Source of the DNA: an uncultured Bacilli bacterium
GTDB lineage: Bacteria > Bacillota_I > Bacilli_A > RF39 > UBA660
Reading direction: 5' to 3'
Assembly: GCA_934167665.1 (NCBI GenBank)
Contig: CAKPLN010000003.1
Coordinates: 65,137 to 129,136, forward strand
Length of the DNA: 64,000 nucleotides
Both the position numbers and the translations under genes were made by a program. Below the pieces are notes generated by a model. It worked only from the letters and a program-made list of their open reading frames with translations. It did no database searches and was not told the DNA's origin. The first letter of the stretch is position 1, and each line of letters starts with the position of its first letter. Shown here one piece after another: positions 58,023-64,000 of the stretch.

Positions 58023-58791
58023 ATACATAAAAATAGATTTAACCGTATATATAATAGCTTTAATATCTATTTTTACAGCCTCATATAATATTTTTATAAT
58101 TATTAGTTTTCTAATATTCATCCATGAATTAGGTCATTTTCTATGTGCTAAAATACTAAACATAGAAGTAGATAAAATAATTATTTATCCCCTAGGAGGT
58201 ATATCTAAGTTTAATTTACCACTAAACTCTAGTCAATTAACGGAATTTCTAATTTTAATTTCTGGACCACTATTTCAATTTTTAGCCTATATTTTATTAA
58301 AAAAATATTATACTAGATATACTGAATTAATAGATTTATATCATTACGGTATTTTATTTTTTAATTTACTACCAGTTTATCCATTAGATGGTGGTAAATT
58401 AATAAATCTATTATTATCTTATTTCTTACCATATAAATTAAGCCTTAAAGCAACTATTTTCATTAGTTATGTTTTTATATTGTTACTAATTTTAATGAAT
58501 TGTAAACATATCTATATAAATCTAATTATTATAATTATATTCTTAGTATATAAAGTAGCCAAAGAGCAAGTTAAAATACCAGAAATTTATAATAAATTTT
58601 TATTAGAAAGATATTTAAATAAATATAAGTTTAAACACAGTAAAATAATAAATAGTAAAGAAAAATTTTATCGTAATAGGCGTCATTTAATTAAAGTAGG
58701 GGACAAGTATTACTTAGAAGATGAATATTTAGAAAAAAAATATAGAAATTATAAAAAAAGTGTTGACTACTTAAAAAGTACTATGCTATAA
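58003..58791 (+). CDS. SpoIVFB-like site-2 protease (pro-sigmaK processing metalloprotease); no canonical start codon
   Basis: IHELGHF (HExxH), LPVYPLDGGK (LDG motif) and KFLLERYLNKY (compare B. subtilis SpoIVFB RFLLERYYGK). The frame is open from 58003, but the first ATG/GTG/TTG comes only at 58480. Confidence 0.5.
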   Translation: MIKTISKYIKIDLTVYIIALISIFTASYNIFIIISFLIFIHELGHFLCAKILNIEVDKIIIYPLGGISKFNLPLNSSQLTEFLILISGPLFQFLAYILLKKYYTRYTELIDLYHYGILFFNLLPVYPLDGGKLINLLLSYFLPYKLSLKATIFISYVFILLLILMNCKHIYINLIIIIIFLVYKVAKEQVKIPEIYNKFLLERYLNKYKFKHSKIINSKEKFYRNRRHLIKVGDKYYLEDEYLEKKYRNYKKSVDYLKSTML

Positions 58792-58825
58792 TTCAATTAC
58801 TGACTGTGATTAACAGGTTAGTTAT

Positions 58826-58901
58826 GGGGCATTAGCTCAGCTGGGAGAGCGCCACGTTTGCACCGTGGAGGTCAGCGGTTCGATCCCGCTATGCTCCACC
58901 A
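58826..58901 (+). tRNA. tRNA-Ala (TGC)
   Basis: GGGGCAT acceptor with G3·U70, loop TTTGCAC, CCA encoded. Confidence 0.85.
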
Positions 58902-58907
58902 TGTTGA

Positions 58908-58940
58908 AATTAACGTTGAGAAATCAACGTTTTTATTTTG
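58908..58940 (+). terminator. rho-independent terminator after tRNA-Ala (near-identical to the prophage attL hairpin)
   Basis: AACGTTGAgaaaTCAACGTT followed by a T5 run; 31/32 identical to 12371-12402. Confidence 0.6.
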
Positions 58941-59109
58941 CCTACGTAGCTTTTACGTAATACTTTTCTTTTTTCCTTTATTTCTTTACTTTTTAAAGAT
59001 TACCTAATAACTAGATAATCTTTTTGTTTGTAAATTTTTTATTTAATTCATATACTTTATAAAATTTCATGATATAATCAAGATAATAGATTACAATGGA
59101 GAAGATATC

Positions 59110-60258
59110 ATGAACAGTACTTTATTAATGGCAATTGCCATCATACCAGTTATTTTAATACTATCATTTATTCAATCAAAAGATAAAAATAAGGAACCGA
59201 TAGGACTATTAGTCCAATTATTTATAGGTGGTGTCATTTCATGCTTCATGGTAATGATGGTAAGCTCCGTTTTATCAAATTTTTTACCATTTATGAATAC
59301 CGACATTTCATCAGGTAGTGCCAGCTTTTTAGATATATTTTTATATTCCTTTGTTGGTGTAGCCTTAATAGAGGAATTTTGTAAATTTATAATAACCTAT
59401 GCACTAAGTTATCGTCATAAAGCCTTTGATGAAGCCTATGATATTGTTGTTTATGCAATATTTGTCGCCTTAGGCTTTGCTGGCTTTGAAAATATCTTAT
59501 ATGTAGCAGGTAGTGGGAAACTAGCAACCGGAATATTTAGAGGAATTACCGCTGTACCAGGGCATGCTTGTGATGGTTTATTTATGGGATATTATTTGAG
59601 TCTTGCTAAAATATCTGCCATAAAGAAAGAAAAGTCTGATGAAACAGTTAATATCATCAAAAGTATATTTGTACCGACAATAATGCATGGAATTTATGAT
59701 TTCTGCTGCTTCTATAATGTTCAATATATAACTATAGTATTTATTATATTTGTTATATTCATGTATATAGTATCTTTAAAGAAACTAAATTATGCAGCAA
59801 AAAATAATGTTAATCTCTTTGAAAAGAAACAGGAACCAGAAAAAGAAGAAGTATTAACACCGACTGTGAGTGAGACAGAAAAAAAAGCTGACACTAGTAG
59901 CACACTACAAACCCTTACTATTGGTCAAAGAAATACCAATAATTCAGATTATTTTACTATTAGTCCAACTCAAACTATTCCAAGTTTTAATAGTAAAAGT
60001 GATAATTTTCACTTTGAAGGTAGTGGTGTTCCCTATATTCCTAATGACTTTGATAGAAGAGATTTAACTGCTCCTCCAGTAATTAGTGAAAAACAAACTG
60101 CTGAGTATGTTCCAGAAAACGAAGAGAGAATAGATTTACCAATACCAGAAGTACCAGTAGAACTATTAAATCCAACAATTGATAAAACTAAGTGTGTATA
60201 TTGTGGAGCAGAGGTAAACGGTGAATACTGCTCAAGCTGTGGCCACAAAGTAAAATGA
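59110..60258 (+). CDS. PrsW-family intramembrane protease-like protein with C-terminal zinc ribbon
   Basis: EEFCKF and FENI...H motifs in a polytopic N-terminus. C-terminal CVYCG...CSSCG. Confidence 0.55.
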   Translation: MNSTLLMAIAIIPVILILSFIQSKDKNKEPIGLLVQLFIGGVISCFMVMMVSSVLSNFLPFMNTDISSGSASFLDIFLYSFVGVALIEEFCKFIITYALSYRHKAFDEAYDIVVYAIFVALGFAGFENILYVAGSGKLATGIFRGITAVPGHACDGLFMGYYLSLAKISAIKKEKSDETVNIIKSIFVPTIMHGIYDFCCFYNVQYITIVFIIFVIFMYIVSLKKLNYAAKNNVNLFEKKQEPEKEEVLTPTVSETEKKADTSSTLQTLTIGQRNTNNSDYFTISPTQTIPSFNSKSDNFHFEGSGVPYIPNDFDRRDLTAPPVISEKQTAEYVPENEERIDLPIPEVPVELLNPTIDKTKCVYCGAEVNGEYCSSCGHKVK

Positions 60259-60281
60259 AGTTATAAAAAAGGAGTGCTTAA

Positions 60282-61283
60282 ATGAAAGTATTACTATACA
60301 CAGAAGGCGAAAAAATGTCTTCCAAAAGTGGCTTGGGTAAAGCCATAAAGCATCAAATGAAAGCCTTAGAGTATGCCAACGTAGAGTACACAAGGAATCT
60401 TAAAGATGACTACGATATAATCCATATAAATTTTTATGGACCTAAATCATATTACTTAGCTAAAAAAGCTAGAAAAAACGGCAAAAAAGTGGTTTATCAT
60501 GCTCACAGTACTGAGGAAGATTTTAGAGATGGTTTTATTTTCTGCAAACAAATATCCAAAGAATTTAAAAAATGGTTAATAAAGTGTTATAGTCTAGGAG
60601 ATGTAATAGTAACACCAACACCATATTCTAAAAGACTGTTAGAAAATTATGGGATAAAAAAGAAAATTTATGCCATTTCTAATGGAATTGAATTAGACTT
60701 ATTTAAAAAAGATAAAAAGGCTGGAAAACGTTTTAGAGAAAAATATAATTTTAAAAAAGATGATAAAGTAATAATTGGTATTGGTTTATATATAAGAAGA
60801 AAAGGAATTGTTGACTTTGTAGAGTTAGCTAAGAGATGTCCTGAGTACAAATTTATTTGGTTTGGTTATAGTCCATTAGAGGCTGCTACCAAAGATGTAA
60901 GAGAAGCTGTTAATACTAAATTAGATAATTTAATCTTTGCTGGATATGTAGAACAAGAAGTAATAAAAGAAGCCATGAACGGTTGTGATATATACCTATT
61001 CCCAACATTTGAAGAAACAGAAGGTATACCTATTATTGAAGCTTGTGCTTGTCAAACAAACGCAATAATCAGAGATATACCAATATTTGATGGTTGGTTA
61101 GAAGATGGTAAAAATGTCTATAAAGCTAAAGATGTAGATGAATTTGAAATAAAAATAAGAAAACTAATAAATAAAGAATTACCATCACTAGCTAATAAGG
61201 CCTATAAGATTGCAGAAGAAAGAGATTTAAAAATTGTAGGACAAGAATTAAAACAAGTTTATGAAGAGGTTTTAAAGAAGTAA
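60282..61283 (+). CDS. glycosyltransferase family 4
   Basis: GT4 C-terminal E-x7-E region (FPTFEETEGIPIIEA). Confidence 0.7.
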   Translation: MKVLLYTEGEKMSSKSGLGKAIKHQMKALEYANVEYTRNLKDDYDIIHINFYGPKSYYLAKKARKNGKKVVYHAHSTEEDFRDGFIFCKQISKEFKKWLIKCYSLGDVIVTPTPYSKRLLENYGIKKKIYAISNGIELDLFKKDKKAGKRFREKYNFKKDDKVIIGIGLYIRRKGIVDFVELAKRCPEYKFIWFGYSPLEAATKDVREAVNTKLDNLIFAGYVEQEVIKEAMNGCDIYLFPTFEETEGIPIIEACACQTNAIIRDIPIFDGWLEDGKNVYKAKDVDEFEIKIRKLINKELPSLANKAYKIAEERDLKIVGQELKQVYEEVLKK

Positions 61284-61446
61284 ATAAATATAAATTGAAG
61301 TTATAATATAAATCTAACTTTTTTCGTAAAAATTCGTCAAAAGGCTTGCTTAAAACAAAAAACAATAATAAAATGTAATCATAAGGATATGGATTTGGTT
61401 GAAAGTAACAAAAGTATTCTTAAAACAAAATTTATAGGAGGAAAAT

Positions 61447-61743
61447 ATGATAAGAGTATCTAAAGAAGATCTATTAAGAGCTAAGAGAGAAACTGATGCT
61501 GGAAAAAATGAATACGATAATGGTAAAAAAACAATTGATAATGTAATTACTGGTGTAAACAATGGAAAAATCGGTGGTTCTGTTTCAGCTGAACTTTTAA
61601 GTGTATATGAAACTATTAAACCAACTCTTGAAGAAGCCTATAGATTCTTCGAAGAATGTGACACATTGATGCAAAATGCTAACAGAGAATATGATAGTAC
61701 AACTGAAGAAGCTTCAGCTGCACTAAACAGAAATAGATTATAA
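61447..61743 (+). CDS. WXG100-like small helical protein (T7SS-associated, putative)
   Basis: 98 aa predicted helical hairpin. GGAGG RBS. Adjacent to an esxA-like gene. Confidence 0.35.
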   Translation: MIRVSKEDLLRAKRETDAGKNEYDNGKKTIDNVITGVNNGKIGGSVSAELLSVYETIKPTLEEAYRFFEECDTLMQNANREYDSTTEEASAALNRNRL

Positions 61744-61763
61744 TAAGAAAGGAAGAATTAAGA

Positions 61764-62042
61764 ATGGCAATTTATGAAAATGTACTTGTAAATGCGCAAG
61801 AGGCAAGAGACGCTGCAAGTCAAATTGATACAGCTTTAAACAAAATGAAAGATGGAATCGAAAAATTAAATTCTGAAATGAATTTATTACATAGTAATAC
61901 AGAAACAGCTTGGGAAGCAAGATTCAATGAAGAATGGAATAGTTTTTATAGAAACAAATTCCCAACAGTTGAAAGTGCTCTAAAAGGACAAGCTGATAAC
62001 TTAAGAACAGCTGCTGCTGCTGCTGAACATTTGGACGCATAA
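61764..62042 (+). CDS. WXG100 family (EsxA/YukE-like) protein, variant W-x-A motif
   Basis: 92 aa. Central TAWEARF where WXG normally sits. Helical hairpin. Confidence 0.5.
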   Translation: MAIYENVLVNAQEARDAASQIDTALNKMKDGIEKLNSEMNLLHSNTETAWEARFNEEWNSFYRNKFPTVESALKGQADNLRTAAAAAEHLDA

Positions 62043-62222
62043 TAACCAATAAAAAAACTAGAATATAGTTTTTTTATTATGCTCTAAATCTTAAAAAATA
62101 ATTAATAATTGCACTATATAAGCTACACAATCAAAAAAATTAATCATATTAAATAAAATACTTTATCTTTAAAAAGATATATGTTACAATAAACTAAGAA
62201 TAGATAGTAAGGAGGAATGCTT

Positions 62223-62651
62223 ATGGTAGAACTTTATAAATGTAATGCAACATATCAAGTACCTAATGGTTATAACAAAGATGGGACTGTGTCTTCTTAT
62301 AAAGATGTTAAATGTACAGTAACAGCAGAGGATGCTCATAAAGATATAGAGGTTGAAAAAATCATGGGTTACTGTGATAGCATAGCAGAAGAAGCTGAAC
62401 CATTACAAAAGCTCAATAGCAATTTAATAGGTGTTGCTAATAATTATATATCAACAACATCTTTGTGTGTAGAAGGAACAGGAATAGAAAATATACTTGA
62501 TGACTGCAATGCAGAATGTGTTGAAAAGTACCAAGCGATAAAAGATATAACAAGTGAAGTAAAAGAGGAAGCAGAAAAGGTATTTGATCAACTTCAAACA
62601 AAATATAACGATCTGGCTAAAGCCGAATGCAGCCGGATACATGGTTCTTAA
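62223..62651 (+). CDS. hypothetical Cys-rich protein
   Basis: GGAGG RBS in front of MVELYK. Confidence 0.3.
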   Translation: MVELYKCNATYQVPNGYNKDGTVSSYKDVKCTVTAEDAHKDIEVEKIMGYCDSIAEEAEPLQKLNSNLIGVANNYISTTSLCVEGTGIENILDDCNAECVEKYQAIKDITSEVKEEAEKVFDQLQTKYNDLAKAECSRIHGS

Positions 62652-62669
62652 TAAATTAGGAGGAATAAT

Positions 62670-62951
62670 ATGAAAAAAGAAATTGATAAAGTTTTACCAT
62701 TAGGTTCTGTAGTTTTATTAAAAGACGCTAAAAGATATTTAGTTGTAATTGGATATTTAATTATAGAAGATGGTTCAAATAAAGTTTGGGATTATATGGG
62801 ATGTGCATATCCAGTCGGTGCTATCTCAAGTGAAGCTACATTAGTGTTTGATACAGAACAAATAGATAAGGTAATATTTGAAGGCTATAGTGACAAAGAA
62901 GGTGAAGCCTTCAGAGAAAAAGTTTCTAAGAGTATTGGGGATGAAAAATAA
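62670..62951 (+). CDS. DUF4176-like protein (commonly adjacent to LXG toxins)
   Basis: 93 aa, VVLLKD...YLVVIGY pattern, GGAGG RBS. Confidence 0.45.
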   Translation: MKKEIDKVLPLGSVVLLKDAKRYLVVIGYLIIEDGSNKVWDYMGCAYPVGAISSEATLVFDTEQIDKVIFEGYSDKEGEAFREKVSKSIGDEK

Positions 62952-64000
62952 TGTCAGATATTGTATATAATGGAGCAGATGTAGATGCAGGAATTGAGAT
63001 AATGCGTGGTTATCTTGATACATATGATACTATACAATCCAACATTGAATCTACAGCTAGTGCTCTTTCAGGCACAACAGGCTTTGGTTTGTTAGGCAGT
63101 GGTGCAAAAGTAAAAACACTTGCTTCATCAGTTGAAGACAGTAAAAATAAATATACAGAATTAATTAGTTCAGTTCGTGCCATCCAAATGACGTTAATGA
63201 AATATGATGAAGGAAAAGAATACATGTCATCTTTCTTAAAGTCACTTAGTGACGAAGAATGGAATGCTTTAACTGGAAGCGGAAAACTAAATCGTGAAGA
63301 GTTTGAAAAATACTTATCAGGAAAGGATTATGACATAACAACAGCTTTAACCCTTCTTCAAGTAAAATCACCTGAGGATGATGCATCTTGGTGGGGAAAA
63401 CTTGTAAGAGGGACTAAAACAGCTGGACTAGGGTTTGTTGAAGGATTTTTTGATTTTGGTGAAACAGCTGTTGACTCTGTAGTTTTAGGTTGGGGATGTG
63501 TACGCGCACTATTTGCTAATAACAAAGCAGACGCAGCTGCCATAATGGAAGAAACAAGAGCCAAAGTAGAATTTCAGTGGTCAAAGTCCGTTGTTGATAA
63601 TTGGATAGACACAGCAGATTGTCTAGCTGATGTAAGACAGTTTAGAGACACTCATCCAGAAGCATACAATACTACAAGGGGAGTAGCAAAAGGTTTAGGA
63701 TACGCTACAGCTACCTTGCTAACAGCTAAAGGAATTGGAGCTGGTGTTAAATTTTTGAAAGGTAGTCAAAATTTAACAGCTGGCCTTATAGCAGCCAACT
63801 CAGGTGTATTAGGCTTTTCAAGTGGTACAGAAGAAGCCTGGGCTTCAGGAGCAGATACCTCAGCTGGACTTAAAGCTGGTCTTGCCAATGGTGCATGGGA
63901 AGCAGTTCAATGGGGTGCCGGTGCAAAAATAAATATGGCAACAGAAGGTATGGGAAAACTAGGTTCAGCGATAAGAGTTGGTACAGATGCCCTAACTGGT
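62951..64000 (+). CDS. LXG-domain polymorphic toxin (T7SS substrate), N-terminal 350 aa; continues beyond window
   Basis: ATG at 62951 overlaps the upstream stop (ATGA). N-terminal helical LXG-like domain, then a Gly/Ala-rich linker. No stop before nt 64000. Confidence 0.55.
   Translation, partial: MSDIVYNGADVDAGIEIMRGYLDTYDTIQSNIESTASALSGTTGFGLLGSGAKVKTLASSVEDSKNKYTELISSVRAIQMTLMKYDEGKEYMSSFLKSLSDEEWNALTGSGKLNREEFEKYLSGKDYDITTALTLLQVKSPEDDASWWGKLVRGTKTAGLGFVEGFFDFGETAVDSVVLGWGCVRALFANNKADAAAIMEETRAKVEFQWSKSVVDNWIDTADCLADVRQFRDTHPEAYNTTRGVAKGLGYATATLLTAKGIGAGVKFLKGSQNLTAGLIAANSGVLGFSSGTEEAWASGADTSAGLKAGLANGAWEAVQWGAGAKINMATEGMGKLGSAIRVGTDALTG

Overview
AT-rich (about 28-30% GC) low-GC Firmicutes chromosome segment; spore-former gene content, Clostridia/Erysipelotrichia-like. 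Layout is host DNA, then a prophage, then host DNA. (1) 1-11.1 kb, housekeeping and sporulation genes: rubrerythrin 3' end, U32 peptidase interrupted by one in-frame TAA, trmL, ttcA-like PP-loop ATPase, sigG-ymxH-yunB-yutD, DUF1292, yutH-like, nifU (yutI-like), S1-domain protein. (2) 11.1-12.4 kb, a 12-tRNA array in two transcription units, each with a sigmaA-type promoter and terminator: Val-Thr-Tyr-Gln-Lys-Leu, then Ser-fMet-Asp-Phe-Arg-Pro. (3) 12.35-49.06 kb, a ~36.7-kb siphovirus-like prophage integrated in the 3' end of tRNA-Pro, bounded by imperfect ~50-bp direct repeats. It carries int, a zinc-ribbon protein, ImmA and an XRE repressor on the minus strand, then a divergent operator/promoter switch. 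Rightward modules follow: Cro-like, replisome organizer with internal iterons, DUF1351-RecT-MBL recombination module, many small ORFs, a small orphan N6/N4 MTase-like gene, an ArpU-like regulator, a Pol-beta-type nucleotidyltransferase, HNH, a tRNA-like element, terS/terL, portal, minor head protein, a 554-bp structured non-coding gap, scaffold, capsid, connectors, tail tube, chaperones, an 886-aa tape measure, Dit/Tal/fibre, a perfect (ATAC)16 microsatellite upstream of two tandem tail-collar-domain genes, holin, M23-SH3 endolysin, a Cys-rich minus-strand moron, and phased 10-bp repeats beside attR. (4) 49.1-64 kb, host again: D-Ala-D-Ala carboxypeptidase, metallophosphoesterase, cyclophilin lipoprotein, T-box leader plus valS, radC directly followed by mreC-mreD (no mreB), spoIVFA/spoIVFB-like pair (the latter without a canonical start codon), tRNA-Ala whose 3' flank repeats the phage arm/terminator sequence, PrsW-like protease, GT4 glycosyltransferase, and a T7SS-type WXG100/DUF4176/LXG-toxin module running off the window end. 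No CRISPR array or reverse transcriptase was seen.
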